From Vermamoeba vermiformis (taxonomy: Eukaryota): DNA of 20,000 nucleotides. The translations under genes and the position numbers were made by a program. The stretch spans positions 295,231 to 315,230 of the forward strand of contig JBEWZL010000127.1 of the NCBI GenBank assembly GCA_045837725.1, written 5' to 3'. Every line of letters begins with the position of its first letter. Position 1 is the stretch's first letter. Shown here piece after piece: positions 1 to 11,902 of this stretch. The notes beneath the pieces are model-generated. The model had not been told where the DNA came from. It did not search any database and saw only the letters and a list, made by a program, of their open reading frames with translations.

Positions 1-2326
1 TCCTGGATCAAATAGTGACGGAGCTCGCCGACATAGCGAACATTAATACCATTTCGGTGGGCAATAGCTACGAGTTGAGCGGCGGTCAAACTCTTAGCTT
101 TCTCTTCGCTGTAAGTGGCCTTCAATGTTTTAGCGGCCTTGGGAATGACTGTCTCGTGCAACATTTTAGTGGCCTATAAATAATGATCAGTACTTAAACA
201 TTATATTTAAATATTTGATCGCGACTTCTTACAGCAACGATGGCCTCTTTGTCCTTCTGAATTTCCTCAGGCTCGTCGGCATCCATCTTGCAATAGCAAT
301 CAGGATTTAATTTTTGAGGCGACATCTTGGTCAATTCAGGACGCAAGTGCTTGTACCATTGATCTCTGAAAGGGGTGATATCAGAAACGTGCGAATTCGA
401 AGCAGAGGAAACAAACTCACTCTTGCACGGTGGCCGTGCCTTCAGGAATAGAAAAGCGAGCAAAGTCGAGACCGTAGAGTTTGCCATTCTGAAAAGAACA
501 CATGTTCCAATTAGTTGCGCGCAATTTTTAGAAATTTCGATTGACATACGACGCGATGCACTTCAAAATCACCACAAGTAGCCAGCTTTTTGGGGGTAGT
601 CGTGTTGTATCCGACGTTATGCGGCTTGATGTTGTAACCATCGCCGAAGAGCGTCATCAACTTGTCCACTTCTTCGTCGCGATACACGGTCTGAGCACCA
701 TCATTGCTATAAAAGGAAATTAGTGGATCGGAAGGTCGCGCACAAGTTACTTACCTTCCGTAGACAATGCTCTTGCTAGTCGTCGGTACAACCGAGATGG
801 CGAGTAATCTAAAGCCGCACCAATCTGTGTTTTTTCACTGGTTAGCGAAAGTTCAAGATCTAAAACAAAATGACACGCTTGACGTTTCTTAGATTTGTGT
901 TGTAATGTTACGCACCGATCGTGCACATCAAAGGGAAAAAGATGCCAGGGATATAGGCCAAAGCAAAGTTGTTCAAGTTGCGCAATTCATGTCCTGCCGC
1001 AAAATATTAAGTTTACCCGATCGGATCAAAAAGGATTAAATGGCTTTACCTGCCGCCTTGGCAGCGTTTTCATCTCCGGAATAGAGCGACTTGGTCTTGG
1101 TAATTGGGACATCCAAGGCAAACTATGTTATAAATGAGTTTGTGCGATGTCGCTAGATGTGTTCACGTACCTTTAAAAAGATATTCTTTTCCTTAAACTT
1201 CTTGCCTCCAGCAATACCCTTATTGATTTCTACGATCTTGATACTATCTTTGTCTTCTTGGTTGGCACACGATTTTGAAATGATCACGCGAGCATAAGTC
1301 TATTGTTAGCCCAAGTTAGAAACTGTCCTGAAATCCGCTTATTTGAATTAATTACCTCGGCAGCAGTCAAGAAATCTTCGGCAAGGTCGTTGAGGGTCAT
1401 AACCAATTGGCAGATCTTATCGAAGTTTTCTTCAGGCTGTGCGTGTTCGTATCCGATCTGAGCCAGCAAGCTGTGATATTCAGCGCTCCAATCGCGGTTC
1501 TTGAATTCCTCAACGAGTTTTGTAATTTTGACGGTATCTTCTTTGCGTGGAGAAATCAACGGCGAGCTGTCTTCGAATTTCTTTGTGTTTGGCACATCTG
1601 CACCTAGTAAGTCGTCGAAATCGCTCGCGGCGTAGCCCTTCACGTGAGATAAAGGATCAAATTCCTCTTCGGAGTCTTCGGCATCAGAATCATTAGCAGC
1701 TGCTGTGGATTCGAAGTAGCCCGAGCTGTTATTCATCGGATTAACCTCCGAAGGGATGGATTCGTGGTAGCCGCTCGCATTGAGGTCAACGTGAGGTTTG
1801 GGGGACTTTTGATTCTCTCGTTCGGCGCGTGCAGCGGCAGCAGTGTCTTCGAACTTTTTCAACAAGATCGAGACGCGACTGTTCTTCTTTTGAAGCGGCG
1901 ATTGCAACATTTCTGCGACGTTATTTCTCACGTTGTCATGAGCCTCACCAAGACCACTGAAGTACGCAGTATTTAAAGTGGCGGGTGGCGATATTTCACC
2001 AGCTGCCTTCTGATCGGGGACTTCCAAAGCGTTATAAGCAGAGTCAGACTACATATAACATGAATTAGTACAGAGCATTTAAATTGGTTTGGGTCACGGC
2101 TCAGGAGCTGAAGCGAAAGAACAACAGTAAATCCGTAAATTGCACGAGTTCAAATTTGCTTCTCTTAAGACTCATGCCTCAAATATTCATAGTAACACGA
2201 AAAATAAGGTAATTCGTTTTGGGTCAAATCGTGGGCTGGATTCGCATCTCCAATCCAACACTTTTAGTCTTGTCTCGGCGTCAGGAACCAATTCTACTGA
2301 TTTTAATTTAAAAAAGCACTTACCAT
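1..2326 (-). CDS. CLU (clustered-mitochondria/eIF3 p135-like) domain protein, multi-exon, 3' end runs off the window start
   Basis: Manual splicing gives RDWSAEY...LAEDFLTAAE|TYARVIISK...GIAGGKKFKEKNIFLK|FALD...AAKAAG|HELRN...PLMCTID|WCGFRLLAISVVP...IVYGS|NDGAQTV...DFEVHRV|NGKLYGLDFAR...|WYKHLRPEL...|AHRNGINVRYVG, which match CLU-family motifs in order. Example exons: 2048-1356 and 1299-1171. The start is uncertain: ATG at 2326-2324 followed by GTAAGT splices in frame to 2048, but further upstream exons (to 2766) are possible. Confidence 0.85.
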
Positions 2327-2581
2327 GGTTGTTCAGAGTGAGTGGCTTATTAACTATCTTTTGTTACAAGGCAGGGCGTCACCTGACACAATCGAAAAGA
2401 TAGTTAGATCAGTATACATTGAATGGAAAAAAAATAGACGATTGAGCCAATGGAAACCATATCAGTAGAAAATTTGTTTGGCTAATTAATTTATCAAATT
2501 GCAATGCCACCAGGGAAGAGCACCACGACGAATAACTTCTTCCTCGCGCGCAGCTCGGCAGCAGAAAAATTTGGGTAATTA

Positions 2582-2766
2582 CCTTGCGTGGTCTTGTCTA
2601 ACCTGATATTAATAAATGGCTTTCAAATTGTAGAGTTTCACAATTTATCGTTTTTACCATAAAAGGAAACCGGAAAACTAAAATGGAATTTCCTTACCTC
2701 AGAAACTCCTTCGCCATCGTTAGCTGCTAATCTTGTCACGCGAGCTCGTAAACTCTTCTCAGACAT
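2582..2766 (-). other. Probable short coding exons (MSEKSLRARVTRLAANDGEGVSE then GTAAGG donor); either the true 5' end of the CLU gene or a small separate gene
   Basis: ATG near 2766, open frame to a good donor at about 2697, and a further AG...GT-bounded micro-exon near 2582-2602. A full reading frame could not be resolved. Confidence 0.35.
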
Positions 2767-3041
2767 GCGACCTCCCTAATTTATGGATAATATTGTAGCC
2801 TGAGATCCGAGGATCGATCTCCTGATCGGGTTACTAATTAGCGCAATGCCAATGAAGCTTCGGGCGAATCACACTCCATCGCCACGCGACGAAGATTAGA
2901 TATGTAAGTTAGCAGTATCGGCTAAATTGTGCTCTAAGATTATGCACCGATCGGAGACTGGTCCGTAAATATTCGGTTTGTATTCGCTTTACTATATTTA
3001 GAGCGCCATAATAAATAAAGATTTATGTAATTACCGTCCAA

Positions 3042-4540
3042 TTATATCGAGGTAAAGTCATCTTCGTTCAGTGTTTTCTGTAGGCCCGTGTTCGTGTCCT
3101 CTTTGCCGTTGCGTAGTAACTTGAACCGATGTTTTAAATTGCTGCTCTGCGCGTAGATGACTTTAACGAGTTCTAATAATCGAGGTCATATTAGTTACCA
3201 ACGATAGGGAGATCCAAGTGAGATCGGATCAAAACTCGCGTACCTTTCCTATGTACAATTCCTTTAAATACATAAGTGTGGCCATCGCTAAGAGCTATTT
3301 CTAGTGCTTTCCGCGATAAAAATCGCTCTATCTAAGCCAAAAGTAGTAAAGTTAATGAATTTGTCGTCAAGTGCCAGGGAACCGCTCAAATCCGCTTTAG
3401 TTAATCAATCACACTTACTTTGTTAACTGATACTATGGAGTCTATTCTAATTGCAACGCCAGAAGGGCTTCCTTTCTTCGTAAATAGCTCGCCTACAAAA
3501 TTTAATTAAATTCAGATCAAATCTGTGGCGGCAAAGAATCGAAAAACTTACTTATTGAGGAATATTGAAATGCAATGTATTCTTGAGTTATATACAGGTA
3601 TCCCGGCTTGTTGTTCCAAGCACAGATAAAGTCTGAAAGCAATTCGTTAGTAAAACGCGAATTCAGGGTTTTAAGCTTTGAAAGGCACGAAAGAAGATAT
3701 CTGCAACGACTTACAATTTACAATTTGTTGATCGAGAGGCAAATTAAGTTCTAGAAGCAAATCCGTATTGTGCGCGATCGGGGTAGCAGGTTTTTCTTTC
3801 GTTTCTTGTTCGTTTTGTGGCCCTGTTGGCGTGTGGTTCAACAATTTATCTGCCAGGTTCTTATACGCCTCAGCTTTCTCGATTAACTAGTTAAAGGATC
3901 AGAAGGTTTCGTCAAAACCGCATGAATTTGAAACAAATTTACCTCTCTATTATCAGCGCGCAGGCAATCGAGCTCAACGCTCATTTCACGCATTTTTCGC
4001 TCTAACTCTGGCGTGTCAGCGTTGTTTTCGCTGCGTGACAGGGTGGCGCTGTTTGATACACGCAAAATGTTCGTTTCTGAAGGTATGGTGATCCTGGTTG
4101 CATCTCGTTTATTAATTTCTTCTTGTAATTGATTGTTTTGTGCTTTTAAAGATTTAATTTCGGCGGTAAGTCTCGAGATTTGATCTGGTGATTCGCCTGT
4201 CACTGCCGAAAATGCCTCTGCTTTCCATTTTTCGATTTCTTTGTCCTTTTCTTGAACTAAGACAAATAGTGCAACTGATTAATAACCATTGTAATTTCGA
4301 AAAATAATAAAAAATAAATATGCGTAATTTGTATCCAAATTATGAATGAACAAGTCACGACGTGAATTTTTGTATGCTATTGTACATACTAATTAAATTT
4401 TGCCCTTGAATTTGCGCTTGTAACTCAGCAACCATAGATTCGGCATCCTGAATAATTTCTTTGTACGTCCTGAGTTTTTGCTGCAACACATCTATTAATT
4501 CATTTTTGTCCGCTAATTCTCCTTCTAGTTGTTTCTCCAT
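3042..4540 (-). CDS. Coiled-coil + C-terminal GRAM (PH-like) domain protein, multi-exon
   Basis: ATG at 4540 (MEKQLEGELADK..., heptad-rich), spliced through IQEKDKEIEKWKAE. Later exons DFICAWNNKPGYLYITQEYIAFQYSS and IERFLSRKALEIALSDGHTYVFKGIVHRK resemble the GRAM consensus. TAA at 3044-3042. Confidence 0.75.
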
Positions 4541-5064
4541 TTGGGCGTGCGTTTTAATGATTGAGTGCTGCCTTTTTTTAATGAACAAACCCAAGCACCA
4601 CCCTTTGTTCTCGGTATAATTCTATTCGAAAGTGGCGTCATATTAGATCGCGTTCCATGCTACTCATGTGCGATTGCACTTGCCTGAATAATGTCGCGTT
4701 GCAAAACAAAAAGATCGCTTGGTAACCAAAAAAATTACAATTAAATTGCTTCCTTTTGTCAAAAATTTTGATACTATACTCCCCGTATATTGTTAGTGCG
4801 AATTTCAAAATTTCGAAATTAGTTTTTAAATTGCACCGAATCTGGCGCGCAATCCGCCAAAAAGGGCAAGCAATTGCCGAACCCGCGTGCAATTTTCAGC
4901 GCCATAGAATATTGGAGCTAATTTACTCCGACATCGAGATTTGTTCTCCTTTGCCACAAGCTTTTTGTTATATCCGCGAATAATTATTTAATAATACCCA
5001 GTTACTGCTAGGTTCAATCATTAAGCGATTCTGAACATTAAATTCGATCGCCAATTGGTATTAA

Positions 5065-5920
5065 TTAAAGGGCCGCAATCACAGCGAGGATCAAAGAGGA
5101 TCCGAATCCAAGCAAGGTGCCGGACGCGCTCTTCTTGGCTACAGGCGTTGCTTTGGGGGCGTTGTTATTAGCCACAGGTGCAACGACAGGACTGGCAGAA
5201 GGAGCAGTAATAGTAATAGGAGCCACTGCAGGCGCGGCAACAGGTTCGGCAACAGGGACCACAGGTACGTCATAGCATCTCACCTTCTTGACGTAGCCAA
5301 CGCCGAGTGGTGCACAACTAGAGACATTGCTGTAGAGCTCATTCGTGGAGCAGTCAGCTGCGTACGAGTATTGGAAGGTCACGCTGCTGTCTTGGTTGCA
5401 TCCGCTAAATCTGTACGCGTCGTTGTTCACGCCAGCAGCAGCGATCCAACATACATTAGGCTTGCCTAAATATAAGTAAGCATAAGGAACTGGTTTCGAT
5501 TCTTAGATAAGACGAGTCTAATGTAAATCCAGGATCCGTAAATTTTCAATCTTTACCTCCGATAAAAGAATCAGCAGCTTCGCAAATATCCGAAGAGGAG
5601 AAAAATATTCCGGACCAATCGTTAGGAAATGAGACCGTAGATGCTATGCAATTTTCAAGCCCATAGAATTGTCCTGCAACGATCTCGTAGCAACCAGTTT
5701 GCGTGCAGGCTGGCTGTGAGTGATTATAATTAGCAACGGAGATGTAAATAAATTTTCAGGAAGTACTTACACCGGTGGAAGGATAAAACACCATCCCGAC
5801 CATGGAAGCGTCGCTGCAATCCGACGAAGTGAACACTGAGCGAGTGTAAGCTCCAGCATAGCACGCTCTAAATATATCGACAAAGCATAAAAGGGCAATA
5901 ATAATATTAACTGATTTCAT
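5065..5920 (-). CDS. Secreted, probably GPI-anchored Cys-rich surface protein with a Pro/Ala/Val-rich stalk (paralog A), 3 exons
   Basis: Signal peptide MKSVNIIIALLCFVDIFRACYAG, spaced cysteines, PVAEPVAAPAVAP stalk, C-terminal KKSASG plus hydrophobic tail. Two GT-AG introns. Confidence 0.8.
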
Positions 5921-6139
5921 TTGTAGTTGTGGCCGTTGAAAAAGTTCGGGAAAATAGCCGAGATTTTTAAACCTTTGCCAACATGTACCGACTTGAATTT
6001 AAATTCTACGAAATGTTAAAATATATACTTCGACCTCCCTAAATGGCTAAACTTACAGGTTATATTAATTGACTTAGACGTCTTCCTATTAGATCTACCG
6101 TTTTAAATATCTTGGATCGTTTATTCCTTAGTGCTAATA

Positions 6140-7005
6140 TTACAACAATGTAACGATAGTAGTAGTAGCAACCGCCAAAGAAGCTGAACCAATTACAACA
6201 GTAGAAGCGCTCTTCTTGGAACCAACTGTTTCTTTTGGAGCGTTATTAGCCACCGGCTGTAAAATAGGAGCTGTAATGGGGGCAGGTAATGGAACAGCTA
6301 CTGGAGGTTCAATCGGAGGGTCGGCGGGAGCTGCCATCGGCGGCATGGCACAAACAGCAGTGACAGAGCCGAAATCAACTAGATCACAAGAAGAAGAACT
6401 AACGGTGAAATTAAATGATGGAGAGAAAGCGCAGTCAAGATTATTCCACATTGCAAAGGTTAAAATACCATTGTCATCGCAGCTGGTGAATTTAAAGGCG
6501 TTGGTGAAATCCGCGTTTTCAAAGACGAAGCAGATATCCGGCTTGCCTTTAATATTAATTTTAAAATACGTAATGCGTGAGCGTAAAATATAAATAAAAT
6601 ACTATAAAGGAGAATCGTAGTATTTTCAAAATAGTCGTTAGACTAAGTCTTACCTGTATACAAAGACCTAATCGTACTGCATGATACAGAAGTAGAATCG
6701 AGGGTTACTCTGACAAAATCAGTTCTGAATGATGGTACCGAGACGCAGTTTTCGATCGCCCAGAACTGGCCGGTCGCGATCTCCTGGCATCCTGCGCCAA
6801 GTGAGCAGGTGTACTTAAAAATGTCAGTAAAATTAAAAAAAAACAATTTGGCACTTACACCACCGCCACCCGGGAAATAGAAGTGCGCTACCTCAGATTC
6901 GTCAGTACATCCAGGGTCGGTGAAGATCTTTCGCCAGTAAAGCGCAGCATTGGTTGAGCTGATGCACATGAGGCAAAGTAAAGCAAGGACGGTCAGCGAC
7001 TTCAT
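6140..7005 (-). CDS. Secreted, probably GPI-anchored Cys-rich surface protein with a Pro-rich stalk (paralog B), 3 exons
   Basis: Signal peptide MKSLTVLALLCLMCISSTNAA. Same exon layout as 5065-5920, with shared motifs C.EI..GQF..IENC, KP...., PVANNAPK and KKSAS plus a hydrophobic tail. Confidence 0.8.
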
Positions 7006-7715
7006 CTGTGGTCGAATGTTGAAGTACAAAAGTCTAATTTGGAATGAATCAAGTCTTTGCCGCCATTTGTTGTTCCGCCCACGGCACTACTATCTTCTCG
7101 AGCGCTAAAATATTATCATTAATTAATATATGTTAATAAAGGTTTACAGTGAAAAATTGCGTATTACATAGCTGTAGTGTAGTTAAACTTTTTTAAAAAT
7201 ACTGATCGTCCGATCAGCTAAAGATTATGATCTACAATTTTTCTCCTACCTACACAGAGCTCTAAGCCAAAACTCCGAGCAAATGTAGGGTAAAAAATCG
7301 AAATAATGCATGCACGTTGTGTGGTGTGCTGTGTGAAGTGGAAAACATATGTTCTAGATCGTTCATTGCGATTTTTGGCAAGGCCACAAACCTTCACCAC
7401 AAATGTTGTTTTAGTAAATATAGTATGAAGTTATTAACAGTGTATTGTAAGTTCAACGTGCAAGTCTCGACAGATTCGCGAGCTAGAGTTAATGGTAGGT
7501 TGTAGCGCCAGTATTATTTGAATAGAATAAATAATAATAATAATAATTTTCGAAAGATGCAAATATATTTAGTAAACACAATACAATTATACGATTACTA
7601 TAATTATTTGGAATCCGTTTGCTAGAATAGTTAAATTAATTCCCTTATTATAAAGATTGACCACTTCGTTTAGACCCAATATATTATTTTTGCTTAGTTT
7701 GGGTCTCGCCATATT

Positions 7716-10700
7716 CTACACGGTCCAAACCGAACCAGATCTCGCTAATGGTGGCAATGCGGTGTGCTGCTCTAACTTGATTGGGCAACCCGAAATTGGA
7801 TAGCGCTGAGAGGATGACGGAACGCTAAGTGATATTACGGCGTAGAACGTTCCAGGTGATCCTTCTGGAATGAACGTGAAGACTCCAAACGACTCGTTGG
7901 TCAAACCTGCGCAAATTTTAAGTAAGTCTTGCTGATCATAATTGCACGCGCACTTACTCAATTCAATGCGTTGCGAGTAGAGTATGTCGGCTGACTTCAG
8001 AACTTCTCCGCCAGTGAGGTAGACCACGCCGAATTTCTTTGTGACTTTTGGGGTGACGATGTCGAGCTGTAGACTCACGTTGTTGAGCAATACTTGCTGG
8101 CGAATGATCTCTCTAGTTCTCACGACTGAAAGTCTCGAATTGATGGTAAACCCGTAACGACCATTCCAGGACACGTTGCAGTAGAAAACTGGTACGAATA
8201 TTAGATTGAACCTGTTTGGCAACGGACTTACGTTTTGCCAGCAGCATCTTCGCTGTGTCGTGAAGCTTCTGATCGTTATCTTGGATGTACTTGAGGGTGT
8301 CCATCTCGAGCTGGCTCATGTCCTGGGTCGCCGAATCCAACGAGACACTGTAAGTCATGGGAGGATCAAATCTAGTGTAATACACAGTCGACTCAGGCAG
8401 GTGATGCTGCATGTCCAGCTCTTGATGCGTGCATTCGGAAGTGTTTGTGATTTCCGCAAATTTGTTGATCCATTCGAACATCGATTCGGGACTCTGACTT
8501 GGTTTCACTGCAGGTTTGATTCCTCCGCCTAGCGACATCAAAATGTCGGGATCAGTTGCCCAAATGCGCTTTGCCTCTTCCATGCCGATGTTTGCAGGAT
8601 TGTTGGTAATGACGCCTCCGTCTACGAACTTCAGTTGTCCAACGCCTTTGACCGCGCGAAGGTAAGTGGGTATCGCCGAAGTAGCAGTGGCTGCGAAATA
8701 CAATTGCGTGTTAACGACGTACATTGTATTCGCATCGTTGCTGCATGGGGTGTAAGAGCAGAAGAGAACTCGTTTGTTTCGTGAAGTCTCCACTGACAGG
8801 ACGGCGACCTTCGGATTGTCGCGAACTGCTCCAATTTCTAAAAGAGTCTTCGGAGGCAACTGTCCTTTGACCGCTTTGGTCAGTTTTGTCATGGAGTACT
8901 TGGGACCTCCGAACGCTGATTTGACACTTCGTTTCCAAAACACCAGTTTGACGATATCGTTATAGTAGGCCTTGCAAAGTGACAGATTGACACCGGAAGA
9001 TAGCGATAATGCGACCAATCCTCCGCTGCCCGTGCCTATCACATAGTCGAACAACTCCGTGACACTAGACGAGGCAAGTTAATAAGTATATATCATAATG
9101 AATCAAGACTTACCGAGCACAGGTCAGCTTTTCAATGTGCTGAAGAATGATGATTGGCACAAGTCCTCTGTGTTCCGCACCGTCCAGCGAAAGAACACGG
9201 GGCGCAGCACCTTTTGGCACCTTGGATGCATCGTCTGCAGGTTTGAGTAAGTCAATATTACGTTATTCATAGAGCTATCCTTACCGAGATAAGTCACTGT
9301 CTTTCCGTCGAACGGGCAAACGATTTCGTTGGCTGAGTGTGAGCATTTCCTGCAGAACATGTGTCCGCAGCTGTACATCGCCCCAAGGCCCATAGGTGAG
9401 AAGCAGAAAGCGCAATACTTCGCGCAGAATTCATACTCATTGTTGCGTGGCCAGCTTTGGACGAACTCGGCGCGTTCTTGCTGCAACTTCTCAGCAGATA
9501 ACTGAGGTACGGGTAAGTAAATCTGGGACGTTATAGTACTTCTCTACTTGCCGAAATCAAGTGATCGATCTTGTCTCTGAACAATTGCTCAAGAGTGACT
9601 GAGTCATCCGACGCTGTGATCTCTTGGCTGCCACCGAAAAGATTTTTGAAGACGGAGGCGATGTTGATGAGTCCTTTGCGAAGAGGGTTTTGAAAGTTGT
9701 GCGACGAATGAACGATTCTCTCTTGCATGCAACAGCCGTTCTTGTCATGCTCTTCACAGGGTTGGAGTTGGTTGACGATAGTGAGCAATGGTTTCAAGTA
9801 ACCATCTCGTAGAAGTTGGTCGATGTTCTCGCCCTTATGAATACATAATGTTAGTGCTGTCAAGCTGAGTGCTGCAGGTACCTTTTGAAGACTAGATACG
9901 CCAAGATTCTCTTTCAATGAATTGATGTAAGCGAAGCAGTAGGCCGTTACTGCAAGCTCGCGCGCCTTTGCGAATCGTTCCGTTCTACTCTTCACGTATT
10001 CAGGTATTGTGAGGCCAGCAGGCTTGGGCAAAAGAGCCAGCGTTTCTTTAAAGAACTTAATTCTAACATTGTTTGTCAGTTTTTGTTCAATGGTTGATGT
10101 ATTTGCGACTTACACTGCCTTGAAACGCGAGTCCTTTTTGGGCAAGTTGACGTCGAAGAAGATCTCCGAAATATTGACCTCTTGCTGAGAGTTGACGATT
10201 TGCAGGACTCTTTCCGCTACACGGTACCACATATAGTCAGTGAACATATTGGCGACATTAAGCGTGTAGCTAACTTTCTCGACGCGCATCCGCTGAATTT
10301 CTCGATGAACAATTCCCTAACGGTAGTTGGTCAGAAAGTGGTAATTATTCATTTGGTTACCTTTAATTGCTTCAGCTGTTCGCAGTATTGAGTTGGGAAG
10401 ATTCGACCGTCCGGAATCTTTATAAAGCAAAAACCGGAAAAACTGTTGCGAAGCAGATCTTTCACGTCGTGACCGTCAGACTCCAAACTGCGCAGGAACA
10501 GACTCGTGCTGTTCTCAACATCGTATGGGTCTTCGCCAGTATCTGTACGTTCTGAGGGTGGGTTGCAGAAGTTTTGAACCACGATGAGGTATGGCAAATT
10601 TCGCGATTGCTGATTGGCCACACTACGCATCGTAAACTGTTCGATTCTAGCGATGTATTCTCTGTTTGCCAAGGCCTGGCGATTGGTGAATATAATGACA

Positions 10701-11725
10701 TTGCTGAGAATGTAGAACAGTTGTGGAAAGGTCTTTGAAACGTAGTCTGTGCGATTTTTAGTGAACGCATCCAGTTGTTCAGGCTTGAAGATCGCCGAGA
10801 GCTTATGCTTTAGTGCTTTGAAGAACTTCAATGGAATACGACCGTCGGCGCCTTCTCCGTCCAAGAGCACCACTCGTTCGTTGTTAACGTTGCCAACATA
10901 CTGATTGATATTGCCGGTCGTTGGATGTTCTTGCGAGGGTAAAGCAGTCGAAGGGCCCCTAACGAGCGTCAGTGCCATTCAATTTAAGAAATTGATTGCT
11001 TTTACCTTTGCTTGATGATTCGCTCTTCGAACTCCATCATTTCTCTCGCCAAATGACTTTTACCGCACTGGGTGGGTCCTACAAACGAGACGCGTGGCAG
11101 ATACTTGTTTCGGTCTGCAAGTCGTTTAAATTCTTGCCAGTTAGCGTCATTCTTATCAAGGCAAAAGGTAGTCTTATCTTCAGGTATTTGCGGAACGCAG
11201 ATCAACTCTGATTTCTGCGGCGGATAATTAAAATTTTAAATTTCGCTGCGATTCACGAATGACACTTACATCCTCGAGTTCATTTTCTTCGGTTTCTTTG
11301 CTGAACACTTGTGTGGTTCGTTTTAACTCTTCTATCCAAGACCATACTTCTTTGCGTTGCTTTAATTTCATTCCCATTTCGTCGCGCAAGTCATCGTTTG
11401 TCATACGCAGTAATCCCGCCCCGTTAATCCCCATCTTTTCGAATGAGGAAATTAATTCTTTGTCTTGCGTCTTCGTCTTCAGCCAGTTGCTGACGTCTTC
11501 TTTTGTCCACAGGTGTGCTGGCCGGGACGTGTTTCGTCGTTGCTGCAATTCCATTAGCAACTCGATCTTGGCTTGAGGAACATCGAGCTCTTGAAGGTCG
11601 CTTTTGGTCAGTTTGAGAAGTTCGTCCAAGGTAGTTATCTCGTTGTCGATAAACTTCTGTTTGTCAAGGCGGAAATACTCCATCACCACGTTGTACGTTA
11701 GGTAAGCGTCGTCTAGCGGCTGCAT
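7716..11725 (-). CDS. Multidomain protein: 2x SAM - P-loop GTPase-like - RING-type zinc finger - patatin-like phospholipase fold - C-terminal domain; multi-exon
   Basis: SAM motifs (LDELLKLTKSDLQELDV; WTKEDVSNWL...INGAGLLRMTNDDLRDEMGM). Walker A VSFVGPTQCGKS, PTTGN, LLDGEG. Zinc finger CAFC...CGHMFCRKC...CPFD. Patatin blocks VLSLDGAEHRG, FDYVIGTGSGG, ATSAIPTY, FVDGGVITNNP, LMSLGGG. The separate ORFs in the track join via GT-AG introns. Confidence 0.85.
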
Positions 11726-11902
11726 TTCACTATATAGTAAACACAATATCGAGCTAGGTGGTTCTTGATGCAATTCGTTTATAAAAACAAACACAAAATG
11801 GTGCGCAGATTTTGTGTTTCACCGTGTCGGACTTTCACCGCAGCATAAATAATTTGGTTTGGCTCATAATTTTAATAGATTTTATCGTTAGAAACAGTCA
11901 CC
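11726..11902. promoter_or_regulatory. Short divergent (bidirectional) promoter region
   Basis: Only 177 bp between opposing ATGs (11725 minus, 11903 plus). Contains a duplicated TTTCACCG motif at about 11817-11840. Confidence 0.5.

Noticed and set aside
4638-4983. Two overlapping 75-84 aa ORFs
   Set aside because: AT-rich intergenic/promoter sequence with non-ATG starts and no protein-like features.
6216-6593. Gly-rich plus-strand ORF (125 aa)
   Set aside because: Antisense shadow of the Pro-rich stalk exon of the minus-strand surface protein.
7202-7217. Small palindrome CTGATCG-TC-CGATCAG
   Set aside because: Isolated 7-bp stem in intergenic DNA, compatible with chance in GATC-rich sequence.
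7716-11794. Frameshifted pseudogene or bacterial-style operon of separate ORFs
   Set aside because: Frame changes coincide with GT-AG introns, so the pieces join into one gene.
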